Below are positions 1 to 7,681 of a DNA stretch of 23,067 nt, in pieces. Location: the NCBI GenBank assembly GCA_019057635.1, contig DXJL01000175.1, forward strand, positions 1 through 23,067, given 5' to 3'. The translations under genes were made by a program, and so were the position numbers. Positions within the stretch are counted from its first letter, which is position 1. Every line of letters starts with the position of its first letter. Origin of the DNA: Candidatus Heimdallarchaeota archaeon (GTDB lineage Archaea; Asgardarchaeota; Heimdallarchaeia; Hodarchaeales; Hodarchaeaceae). The notes below the pieces were generated by a model. It had not been told where the DNA came from. It did not search any database and saw only the letters and a list, made by a program, of their open reading frames with translations.

Positions 1-170
1 ACAAGCATTTCGCTAAACGTTAGTCCCGCACCTATCCATACCAATGCAAGAACTGGGACCAGTAATACTGTAATATCTATTCCAGTTATCTGGAAAATTC
101 GTATATTCCGATCAAACTGTTCTTGCGTTAAACCTACATGTCTTTCACTCTGATTTCTGCTATTAAACAT
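1..170 (-). CDS. N-terminus of a probable MFS-type membrane transporter (runs off the window start)
   Basis: Not in the ORF track. Manual translation from ATG at 170: MFNSRNQSERHVGLTQEQFDRNIRIFQITGIDITVLLVPVLALVWIGAGLTFSEML, open to the window edge. 'RNI..F...LLVPVLALVW...GLTFSEM' resembles MFS helix 1 and the following loop. Confidence 0.55.
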   Translation of the reverse strand, partial: MFNSRNQSERHVGLTQEQFDRNIRIFQITGIDITVLLVPVLALVWIGAGLTFSEML

Positions 171-498
171 GTCTTTCACTTCATTTCGTATCTTCGTATC
201 ATTTTCTGCACCAATTGTGCTACAATTTCATTAAAAAAACCTCAGGAGTTGCTATATTAGTAATAACTAATATAAATGAAATCAGTGAAGATATTTCAGA
301 ACAATGACAAGAATATTTTACAGGGGTAGGAAGTTCCAAAATATCTTCGATGTATTCAGAGATACACGATAGCTGGAGTGACGAGTGCCTTAAAATTAGC
401 ACAGGAATCGAAATTTGTACTCGTCATTGCTTTTCCAACCGTAAACAAGATTTTTGTCTAGGAATTTTTAAGGGTTTACCTTTTGACAGTATTTTGAA

Positions 499-657
499 TT
501 AGGGATCTTGTATTAATCGTTTAAAAAGTCGGGGCCGAAGAAACATGTAATAAATTATACTCCCTATAATAAGTAACAATCCAATCACAAGGAAGAACAC
601 TTGATCAATCGATATAGACTGAGCAAAAAAGTGATCATCATACGACATTTTATTCAT
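499..657 (-). CDS. Small single-pass membrane protein (52 aa)
   Basis: Below the ORF-track cutoff. MNKMSYDDHFFAQSISIDQVFFLVIGLLLIIGSIIYYMFLRPRLFKRLIQDP has one clean ~20-aa hydrophobic helix followed by a basic patch. Confidence 0.5.
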   Translation of the reverse strand: MNKMSYDDHFFAQSISIDQVFFLVIGLLLIIGSIIYYMFLRPRLFKRLIQDP

Positions 658-720
658 TCCTTAATATCTGAAGAAACCATGTTTTATTGCTTATATTAAT
701 TCACTTGATATGGAACATTT

Positions 721-780
721 TTAAGATTGATCCTCAACTATTTGAGCTAAGAATTAGCAATAAATTGTGAAATCAGGGTT
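721..780 (-). pseudogene. Orphaned original 3' end of the macrodomain gene
   Basis: Removing the insertion plus one copy of the 12-bp duplication puts this segment in frame with ...HFVLFS. It reads NPDFTIYC*FLAQIVEDQS*, like the usual macrodomain terminal helix, with an internal TAA at 754-756. Confidence 0.65.
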
Positions 781-788
781 GCTAAATA

Positions 789-1250
789 CTGTTGTCGGAT
801 AGATTGACAGATATGGACATTTATGGACAAATAGGACAAGATTACATTCAGGAAAGAAGAAAAATAGAAAGCAGGATATCTTAGGAGAAGGGGGTAGAGA
901 TTAAAATACCTGATTAACAGAGTGTTCAACCGATCTCATGAGATTATACCTAAAATGACGCGCTAGGTAAATTCTTGATATTAGAATAACGGGAAATAAG
1001 CCAATTTGGTTTAGATTACAGGGCTTAGTAGGTTTATAAGAACAAAAGCTACTAATCAATCAGGAAAGTTATGTGTATTTCCCGTCGCCGAGAGTTCCGC
1101 GGAGACGTTAAACGCCTGTGGAGAGGCGGTAAGACCTGCATTAAAGCCGGCTCGCGTCGCTGAATCAGGAAGAACAGCTCCAAGGATAGTTAAGAATGAT
1201 TTTTCCAAATTGTTCCTAGCTGTCCTATTTGGGTAAGTCTTTCAGAACGG
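789..1250 (+). mobile_element. Non-autonomous IS607-family (TnpB-associated) miniature element
   Basis: Ends are CTGTT... and ...AACGG. Left end has ~10-bp phased repeats (ATTGACA 803-809, TATGGACA 812-819 and 822-829, TAGGACA 832-838). CAAATAGGACA (828-838) is exactly inverted at 1221-1231. A TnpB 3'-end signature starts at 1084. GGTTGCTAAATA occurs at both 777-788 and 1249-1260. No transposase ORF. Confidence 0.8.
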
Positions 1251-1270
1251 TTGCTAAATAATACGAAATG
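1084..1270 (+). ncRNA. Putative TnpB omegaRNA/reRNA scaffold (to 1250) plus guide from flanking DNA (~1251-1270)
   Basis: GC-rich island GTCGCCGAGAGTTCCGCGGAGACGTTAAACGCCTGTGGAGAGGCGGTAAGACC...GAATCAGGAA. It translates as VAESSAETLNACGEAVRP, typical of the TnpB C-terminal tail that overlaps the omegaRNA. CCTG/CAGG complementarity is present. Boundaries approximate. Confidence 0.65.
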
Positions 1271-1738
1271 AACTTCCTGAATACTATTACTTGGAAGACA
1301 ACTTAAGACTGTTTCTATCGCTATTGGAGCAGCTTTTTGCATAGGAAATCCGTAAATACCAGTTGAAATTGAGGGATAAGAAATTGAAGTTGCTCCTATT
1401 CTTTCTGCTTGGTGAAAAGTGTTCCGATAGGAGTTTTCTAGCAATACTGGCTCATTCTGACTCCCTCTATGCCATATAGGCCCCAGAGTGTGAATTATCC
1501 ATTTTGCTTTCAATAATCCACCATTTGTGGTTCTAACTCCACCTGTTTCACATCCTTGTGGATATTTAGTAACACACTCTTCTAGGATGGTTGGCCCTCC
1601 TGCACGATGAATTGCCCCATCTACTCCTCCCCCGCCTCGTAAAGTAGTATTTGCCGCGTTTACTATTGCGTCAGTTTCTTCGAGAGTAATATCACCTTGA
1701 ATTATGCTGAGTTGTGTTTTTTTAATAACAATCTCCAT
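1190..1738 (-). CDS. Macrodomain protein (O-acetyl-ADP-ribose deacetylase / ADP-ribosylhydrolase, YmdB/MacroD-like); last ~19 aa come from the inserted element
   Basis: Motifs GDIT, DAIVNAAN, GGGGVDGAIHRAGG and SISTGIYGFP. Confidence 0.93.
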   Translation of the reverse strand: MEIVIKKTQLSIIQGDITLEETDAIVNAANTTLRGGGGVDGAIHRAGGPTILEECVTKYPQGCETGGVRTTNGGLLKAKWIIHTLGPIWHRGSQNEPVLLENSYRNTFHQAERIGATSISYPSISTGIYGFPMQKAAPIAIETVLSCLPSNSIQEVHFVLFSNRSERLTQIGQLGTIWKNHS

Positions 1739-1752
1739 GCTCTCATCAAGCT

Positions 1753-2688
1753 TTAATACTTTTCAGACAACCTAACTCTTCGTGTTCCCTCATCAAAAGA
1801 TACCATTCCGACATCACGAAAATGTTGTATTATCTGTTGAACTGTAAAAGTAGCAATTCCTGTCATAGATGATAGTTCATCTACTGTGACCTGTTCTAAG
1901 CTTAAAAGATGAGTAAGAACACGACCGGATTCATTTTCTGCTAAAAAGGTTTTAATTATCTTATTATTGCTAAAGGTTTGACGAGTGCCATCAGACATGG
2001 TTTGAATCTTTGTCTGAGCACGTTCTAATTCGTACTCCTTCATTTCTGTTTCATCAGTGAGTTGTTTCACGCGATGTTCAAGCTCCATAGCTTCTTCTTT
2101 TCGAACCATTAGCTCTTCAATCTTCTTGTCTCGAGAGGCCAACACTTCTTCAAGCTCACTTACTCTGGCTTTAAATTTGTCCACTTCTTCTAACTTAGTT
2201 TGATTTTCAGTCTGAAGTGACTCAATATGCCTTTGTGAGAGCGATTCCTTTTCAATGGCAAGTGCTTCTTTTTGTTTTAATTGTTTTACAAGCTCCTCGT
2301 ATCTTTCTGTCATTATTTTTTCCTTTTCTACTGCAATTGCAGTAGTCTGACGTAATTGCTCAAGAACATCAACATATTTCTTACGAAATTCTTCTACCTG
2401 CTCGTTAATTGCATAAGACCAATTACTAGAATTCGTATCCAAGTTTTCTACACGTTGAGACAAATCTAAGGTTTGGTTGTTAAGCTCTAAACTCATTGAT
2501 TCAAGTGAGGTTCGGAGATCATCCAGAGTGCTAGTAACTTCCTTTTTACTTTGCGCACGGGCATCGACAATACGTTGTTCAAGATTTTGTGCAAGGTCAC
2601 TTAACCGTGAAGCTGTACTTGTGATTTGTTTCTCAATGGACTCAAATCTTCTCTCGATTGGATTCTTTTTTTTCCAGAACATCGGCAT
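1753..2688 (-). CDS. Long coiled-coil protein with C-terminal winged-helix domain
   Basis: About 230 aa of E/K/Q/L-rich heptad sequence, then GRVLTHLLSLEQVTVDELSSMTGIATFTVQQIIQHFRDVGMVSFD (wHTH pattern). Ends 14 bp upstream of the macrodomain gene. Confidence 0.75.
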   Translation of the reverse strand: MPMFWKKKNPIERRFESIEKQITSTASRLSDLAQNLEQRIVDARAQSKKEVTSTLDDLRTSLESMSLELNNQTLDLSQRVENLDTNSSNWSYAINEQVEEFRKKYVDVLEQLRQTTAIAVEKEKIMTERYEELVKQLKQKEALAIEKESLSQRHIESLQTENQTKLEEVDKFKARVSELEEVLASRDKKIEELMVRKEEAMELEHRVKQLTDETEMKEYELERAQTKIQTMSDGTRQTFSNNKIIKTFLAENESGRVLTHLLSLEQVTVDELSSMTGIATFTVQQIIQHFRDVGMVSFDEGTRRVRLSEKY

Positions 2689-2802
2689 TTCCCTTTAGGT
2701 AATAAACTCTAATAGCAATTATAGAATGAGTTATTCGATTTTGAAGTAATGACACAATAAAGACTTATCTATTCTTAAACCATTTCTTCTGTCGAAACAA
2801 CT

Positions 2803-2810
2803 TTTATAAA
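2803..2810. promoter_or_regulatory. Candidate archaeal TATA box between divergent genes
   Basis: Palindromic TTTATAAA preceded by purine-rich CGAAACAA (BRE-like), in the 2689-2889 divergent gap. Confidence 0.35.
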
Positions 2811-2889
2811 TTAACTTGCATTAAACTAAACATCTGTTCAATATTATTCCCCAATTGCAGTCTTTTTGAATCTCTTGGAGGTAATTATA

Positions 2890-3861
2890 ATGAAACAAGT
2901 GAATAGAGATGTTATATTAGATGAAGATGTCAGCTGGAAAATAAAGAAAAGTATAGATTTTAACTCTGATGCAGAAACCTTTCTTGAATACTTAAAAAAG
3001 GAGAAGGAGACGTTTGACACATACAGACCGTTGAGTACACTTGCACCTGTGATAGTAATTCTTGTTTGCCTCATACTTCTTTTATTGTATACATCCATGA
3101 TGTTGATTGATTTTATGGTTGCTTTTTTCTTGGAGGGACAATTACTTGGCCCAGCTGACCTTCAATCAGATTTTTTCTCTCTGCTAGTGATTATCTCAAT
3201 TCTCACATCAGTTCTTGGTCAAATTTTAGTAATTTTTACCCTTAGCTTTAAGTACTTCTTTACAAAGGACAAGTGGTCTAAATTTCATGATCAAACTTTA
3301 TCCTTAGTCGAAAGATTGACAGAGAAGAATTTACTGCAAGAGTACGTTCAGTTTAATGCTGATAATGGGGAGCAGAGATTCAAATTACAAAAAGTTTCTA
3401 TTGACTTTCAGGTACAGTGGATTTTCCCTTTTATTTTCAATGCCTTTCCTCCCTTATTAATTGAAACAATGTTAATTGCTTTCCTTCTTCCTTTCTCCAT
3501 CGCCACCCTATTTTCTTTACTAATAGCGTTAGTAGATTCGAATTGGTTTATCACCTTAGGAATGACATTAGTAATTGCATTAATAGGAGTTGGAGTCTAC
3601 TCAAATGCAGTAACCATTATTAAAAGCTGGTTGAATTACTCTTGGATAAGAAATCTGATGATTACGAGACAACAAGGAATCCTCCACCAACTTACTCTTA
3701 CTGGGGATAACGACTTGGCTATTCTACGAAATGAAAATAACCTAACTCGGTTAGAAAAGATGCATCCATTTCCTCTACCAAGTTTGTTTAGAATTACTGC
3801 TTTTATTCCCTTAATTGGATCTTTGCTCGGGTACCTGGTAGGATTTACACTACTTGTTTGA
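2890..3861 (+). CDS. Polytopic membrane protein of unknown function
   Basis: About 5 hydrophobic segments. Start moved from TTG 2866 to ATG 2890 because GGAGGT lies at 2877-2882. Confidence 0.75.
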   Translation: MKQVNRDVILDEDVSWKIKKSIDFNSDAETFLEYLKKEKETFDTYRPLSTLAPVIVILVCLILLLLYTSMMLIDFMVAFFLEGQLLGPADLQSDFFSLLVIISILTSVLGQILVIFTLSFKYFFTKDKWSKFHDQTLSLVERLTEKNLLQEYVQFNADNGEQRFKLQKVSIDFQVQWIFPFIFNAFPPLLIETMLIAFLLPFSIATLFSLLIALVDSNWFITLGMTLVIALIGVGVYSNAVTIIKSWLNYSWIRNLMITRQQGILHQLTLTGDNDLAILRNENNLTRLEKMHPFPLPSLFRITAFIPLIGSLLGYLVGFTLLV

Positions 3862-3875
3862 AGTGACACACAATG

Positions 3876-4313
3876 TTACAGGTACCCCACTTCAGGAGAC
3901 AAAGGAATTTTACTTCGAATATATACTCCAGTACCACGTGCAATCTCTTCCTCTTGATCAGAATAAAGTATAGATTCTCCAATAAATTGACTTCGTGTAG
4001 CATTGGCTAGTTTTCCCTTGGCAGTTAATGTTCCAGTTGTTATTGGCCTTGTTAGGTATATAGTAAAACTAGCAGTTAAGACAATAACATCTTCGACTAT
4101 TGAATTCACAGCAAAAAATGCTGAATCATCAAGTAATTTCCAATATACCGATCCGTGAACAGCAGACGCAGCGTGATGAAATTTAGGTTTTAATACTAAT
4201 GTAACTACGGCATTTTTATCTGATATTGCAATTTTTGCTTTATAAAAATCATTCAAAGGATGATTCTGGTACATATTTGCTAATTTACTACAGTGGTTGC
4301 TCCTATTCTTCAA
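3876..4313 (-). CDS. PaaI-family hotdog-fold thioesterase
   Basis: HAASAVHGSVYWKLLDDSAFFA (HGG-like motif with acidic residue), a TASFTIYLTRP strand, and a length of 145 aa. Confidence 0.88.
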   Translation of the reverse strand: MKNRSNHCSKLANMYQNHPLNDFYKAKIAISDKNAVVTLVLKPKFHHAASAVHGSVYWKLLDDSAFFAVNSIVEDVIVLTASFTIYLTRPITTGTLTAKGKLANATRSQFIGESILYSDQEEEIARGTGVYIRSKIPLSPEVGYL

Positions 4314-4426
4314 GTTTCTTTCCCTACTGGTTATGATTAAGTTTAAAATTTTAGTTTTTCCTGCTCTTCAAAAGAGATACTTATGCCACATACTCATTCA
4401 CTATCTTTTCAAGGGGTTTCTCTGAT

Positions 4427-4687
4427 ATGAGTAGTCAGAAGAAGCATGCAAGGTCCAAAATTGAAGTAATTTCACCAAACGATGTTTGTAGCTGTTCATT
4501 CTCGGTCTGGATGAACCGTGTTTGGGGCATCCTAAACGAATATATAGGTCAGATTCACATTACTAGTTTAACTTCTGATTCTGATAGAGCAAGAGAGCTT
4601 GGAGTGTCAGGACGAATAATACTGATTAATGGAGAAATACCTCCAGGTTTTTTACTCAAGGACAAAATAATTGAGTTAAATGACTGA
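4427..4687 (+). CDS. Small thioredoxin-fold-like protein with CxC motif
   Basis: KIEVISPNDVCSCSF ... ARELGVSGRIILINGE follows the small redox-protein thioredoxin topology; 86 aa. Confidence 0.55.
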   Translation: MSSQKKHARSKIEVISPNDVCSCSFSVWMNRVWGILNEYIGQIHITSLTSDSDRARELGVSGRIILINGEIPPGFLLKDKIIELND

Positions 4688-4725
4688 AATAAAGAAAATT
4701 TATGTTTATATTTTAGTATAAATAG

Positions 4726-5733
4726 CTAAACAAGGTCTGGATCAAGCGATTGCGTGTTAAATTGCTTCATGAGCTTGCTGTACTTCACTCTGCTAAATGG
4801 ACATTCTTTCAAGCAGATAGAACATCCATGATATTCTAAAAATACTGGAAAACAATTCTTATTAATGATATGAGTTAGGAGACCATTTTCATTTTGGATT
4901 GGATAATCTCGAATAGCAAAGCCAGGACACTTCCGTACACATCGAAAGCATTTTTCACAGAATTCCTGAACCTTTTTGTAGTGATTTTTTTCCGCAAACG
5001 GTAAATTCTGTATGTTAGTGTAAATTGCAGTGAGACGAACACGTGAACCATGTTCAGGAGTGATTATCAAACCGTGCTTCCCTCGATATCCTAAATCAGC
5101 GGATTCAGCAAGTGGAGGATATAAAACCAAGCCTCCTAATGGATGCCCAGCCTGAGCGGAAAATCCTTGCTCCCTTATGAACTCTGTTAATTTGTTTGAA
5201 GCTTTCCCAAGCTCATCATAGGTTTGCATTATCATAGTTGCCGTTTTACCACTTGGAGCTCGCTCTATTTTTTCTCTATCCATCTCCATGGTTAAGACTA
5301 TGGCATTGTTGTGTAGTACTGCTTTTTCCTTAAAAATAAATTTGCTTGGTAATTTTGTATATCCCACAGAAGCAACATTCAAAGACTTAGCATATTCCTC
5401 AAACTCCTGCAAGAAATCATCATTAATCATAATTTTTGGTTCTTTAGGATTTTGATTGATTGAAGTCAGAGATTTGGTGATGTTTCTCATAATTGAGGGA
5501 ATTTCTTTCATTGTTCTAAGAGAGGAAAAAAGCTTGAGCTTATCTGCTGGATATTCGATTGCTTCGAATACAATTTCGAAACGCTTTGGAGATTCCTCTA
5601 CACTCTGATAGGTGTTAGCTACCTGAGTTAATTGCTCTTCCTGAACAACTAGTTGCTGAAAGTTTCTCTTTCCTACGGTACTTAACATTTTTTTGACAAA
5701 TCTAGCTTTTAATCCCATAACCACACTTACCAA
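4726..5733 (-). CDS. Reductive dehalogenase-like / epoxyqueuosine-reductase-superfamily 2x[4Fe-4S] protein (probable start ATG 5718)
   Basis: AESADLGYRGKHGLIITPEHGSRVRLTAIYT, FCEKCFRCVRKCPGFAI and CFPVF...GCSICLKECPF. No Tat signal. Confidence 0.85.
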   Translation of the reverse strand: MVSVVMGLKARFVKKMLSTVGKRNFQQLVVQEEQLTQVANTYQSVEESPKRFEIVFEAIEYPADKLKLFSSLRTMKEIPSIMRNITKSLTSINQNPKEPKIMINDDFLQEFEEYAKSLNVASVGYTKLPSKFIFKEKAVLHNNAIVLTMEMDREKIERAPSGKTATMIMQTYDELGKASNKLTEFIREQGFSAQAGHPLGGLVLYPPLAESADLGYRGKHGLIITPEHGSRVRLTAIYTNIQNLPFAEKNHYKKVQEFCEKCFRCVRKCPGFAIRDYPIQNENGLLTHIINKNCFPVFLEYHGCSICLKECPFSRVKYSKLMKQFNTQSLDPDLV

Positions 5734-5769
5734 AAATGTCCTTCGTTTTCAGGAAGTATCAAAAGATCT

Positions 5770-6093
5770 TTATTCCGGTCTCCGTTCAGGGATCATCCCA
5801 ATTCGTCCACCTAAATCAGTCGATGGATCAAAATACAGCGCACAGTAACAATGTCCAAATTCTTGGATATCTAGTTCGGAATATTTGCATGGACAAATGA
5901 TATCACGATCTAGATGACGATCATCTTGAGAATCACGGCACGGACAATTATAATACCCATGTTTGTTAAAATTTTGCATTAATCCTTCAACAAGATCACG
6001 TAAAGTCTGGGAATTGTCGTTTAATATCCACCCTTTCCGCTCTGCGATCTTTGAGACATAAGAACTAACGTCTTCATATGATTTTTCATTCAT
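5770..6093 (-). CDS. Ferredoxin:thioredoxin reductase catalytic subunit-like protein
   Basis: GYYNCPCR...DIICPC...GHCYCALY. Start set at ATG 6093, which overlaps the upstream stop codon (ATGA). Confidence 0.92.
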   Translation of the reverse strand: MNEKSYEDVSSYVSKIAERKGWILNDNSQTLRDLVEGLMQNFNKHGYYNCPCRDSQDDRHLDRDIICPCKYSELDIQEFGHCYCALYFDPSTDLGGRIGMIPERRPE

Positions 6094-6401
6094 TTCAGCA
6101 TATCCTCCCAAATATCCGGATTGTAACCGGAATCAACAGCCAATTTGTCAACAACAATAAAAGGAAAGCGAGGACGTACTCCAAAAGTGGAATGTAGTTC
6201 GGCTTTCAAACGATTTTTCTCTTCGAGAGGAATTTTATCTACATCCAGGTAAGAATAGGCATAACCATTTTCCTTTAACCATTCTTTCCCTTTCTTACAC
6301 CACATACAGGTGCTTAAGGTAGCAACAAAGACCTTGTGCATATTGTGAGGCCCATCTACGTACACTACATTATCAGGTATCTTAATTTGATCCAGTGACA
6401 T
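6090..6401 (-). CDS. Glutaredoxin / NrdH-like redoxin
   Basis: TLSTCMWCKK (CxxC), cis-Pro motif RFPFIVV, GYNP. GGAGG RBS upstream. Translationally coupled to the FTR gene. Confidence 0.9.
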   Translation of the reverse strand: MSLDQIKIPDNVVYVDGPHNMHKVFVATLSTCMWCKKGKEWLKENGYAYSYLDVDKIPLEEKNRLKAELHSTFGVRPRFPFIVVDKLAVDSGYNPDIWEDMLK

Positions 6402-6507
6402 TGTTATCCTCCTTGTATAGTGATAACAGAATTCTGAAGATCTGGAGGGATATTATTTGATTCTTTTATGTAAATAATGGGGAAAAGTGGGGGAAATCTT
6501 CTAATTC

Positions 6508-7002
6508 CTAGATCGACGCTAATTCACTTAAAAAATAATCCCTATCCTCTTTTTTAGCTATAGCGTTGGCAGCTTTCTTAGCTTTTTCAATGAATTTACT
6601 GGCATTTTTATTACCTGCTAAAGATAATGCTCGAGCCTTTGCTTCATATGCAAAAGCAATATCGAAATCACCAATATTATTCTCCTCACAGATTTCAAGA
6701 CACCTTTGTGCATGATAGAGAGCTGCTTCGGGTCGTTTCAACAAAGCATATACTCGAGAAATTTGCCAATCCCCTCTTTCAAGATTCATTGGTCCAGCTT
6801 TAGGATACTCTTCAGAATTTACAACTATTGTCCAGTGATAACGAGAGGCATGAGCTGAGTGAATCATATCATCATTTTCCTCTTGAGAACGATTTTCTCC
6901 TTTATCTATTAAATTCCAAGTGAGGTTGAAAAGCTGAACAGCCATTTTTCTATGCCATTCTAATTCCGTAATCTTATCTGAACTCTTCTTTGCGCTGGTC
7001 AT
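6508..7002 (-). CDS. Conserved helical-repeat (TPR-like) hypothetical protein
   Basis: HRKMAVQLFNLTWNLI...MIHSAHASRYHW...RGDWQISRVYA...AFAYEAKARA matches a widespread uncharacterised family. GAGG RBS upstream. Confidence 0.75.
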   Translation of the reverse strand: MTSAKKSSDKITELEWHRKMAVQLFNLTWNLIDKGENRSQEENDDMIHSAHASRYHWTIVVNSEEYPKAGPMNLERGDWQISRVYALLKRPEAALYHAQRCLEICEENNIGDFDIAFAYEAKARALSLAGNKNASKFIEKAKKAANAIAKKEDRDYFLSELASI

Positions 7003-7098
7003 ACTAAAATCCTCTATTATATTGAATATTAGGATAATTACCTCGAGTCTTGAAAAAAGTAGATATAATTTTTTCGGTATGAAACAATCGATTACAAA

Positions 7099-7611
7099 TT
7101 AGAAGATATCCACTAACATTTCCGTAAAAGTTTGAAGCGCTTTCTTAATCATTATAAATGATCTCTCAAAGGGAGGGTCGAAATATGGATCGGGTACATC
7201 CTCGTTTCGTCCATAAATAAATTCTAATAATAAAAAAGCCTTTTTTTTATATTTAGAAGGTATAGATCTTAGATGCGATCGTTCCATTACCAAAATTAAA
7301 TCCACCGAGTCAAACATCTTAGGATAATCAGGAAAATACCTAGGAGTAAACTGATCGATTCTTTGACGGGTAATTCCTTCCTTAAGTAACATTGTGGCGG
7401 ATTCCTCAGAAATCTTAGAGTTACGGTATCTCACTCCTCCTGATTCAACACGAACCCTTTGAGCTAGACTAGTATTTGTCTTTCCTATCATATGCTCGAA
7501 TAAAATTTCCGCATATGGACTGCGAATAATGTTACCTGAACAAATAAAGTTTATAGCGATCGAATTTTGTCCTGTTATCTGTTTGAGAAAGTTTTCTGTT
7601 TGAGACTTCAC
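7099..7611 (-). CDS. Low-molecular-weight protein tyrosine phosphatase family protein
   Basis: P-loop FICSGNIIRSPYAE (CX5R), DLILVME, and general-acid motif DVPDPYF. Confidence 0.92.
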   Translation of the reverse strand: MKSQTENFLKQITGQNSIAINFICSGNIIRSPYAEILFEHMIGKTNTSLAQRVRVESGGVRYRNSKISEESATMLLKEGITRQRIDQFTPRYFPDYPKMFDSVDLILVMERSHLRSIPSKYKKKAFLLLEFIYGRNEDVPDPYFDPPFERSFIMIKKALQTFTEMLVDIF

Positions 7612-7681
7612 TTTAACCCCAATTTTTTGAGTAATCTGGTTAAGCTTTTTATTTTTAGTAGTGACTTCCTTTTCTGATATT

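Noticed and set aside
136-180. 14-bp direct repeat ACATGTCTTTCACT (136-149 and 167-180)
   Set aside because: Only two copies, at the start of the MFS-like gene; most simply a small local duplication with no supportable function.
220-402. 60-aa minus-strand ORF
   Set aside because: Non-ATG start, no clear RBS and no recognisable family features.
803-838. Short phased repeats as a CRISPR array
   Set aside because: The units are 7-8 bp with a ~10-bp period and no spacers. They fit transposase-binding repeats, and there are no cas genes in the window.
747-929. 60-aa minus-strand ORF
   Set aside because: It crosses the element's left junction and mirrors a purine-rich non-coding tract; it has no transposase motifs.
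840-1083. Group I intron (IStron) in the element interior
   Set aside because: No recognisable P7 or catalytic-core motifs, only small hairpins (e.g. TTAGTAG/CTACTAA at 1025-1056). The element is also antisense to the host gene, so splicing could not rescue it.
1753-2688. ESCRT-III/CdvB assignment
   Set aside because: The N-terminal tip and C-terminal wH are suggestive, but no Snf7 core or MIM motif is recognisable.
4726-5733. Gene symbol queG or rdhA
   Set aside because: Only the shared superfamily motifs are visible; there is no Tat signal or rdhB, and QueG-specific features could not be confirmed.
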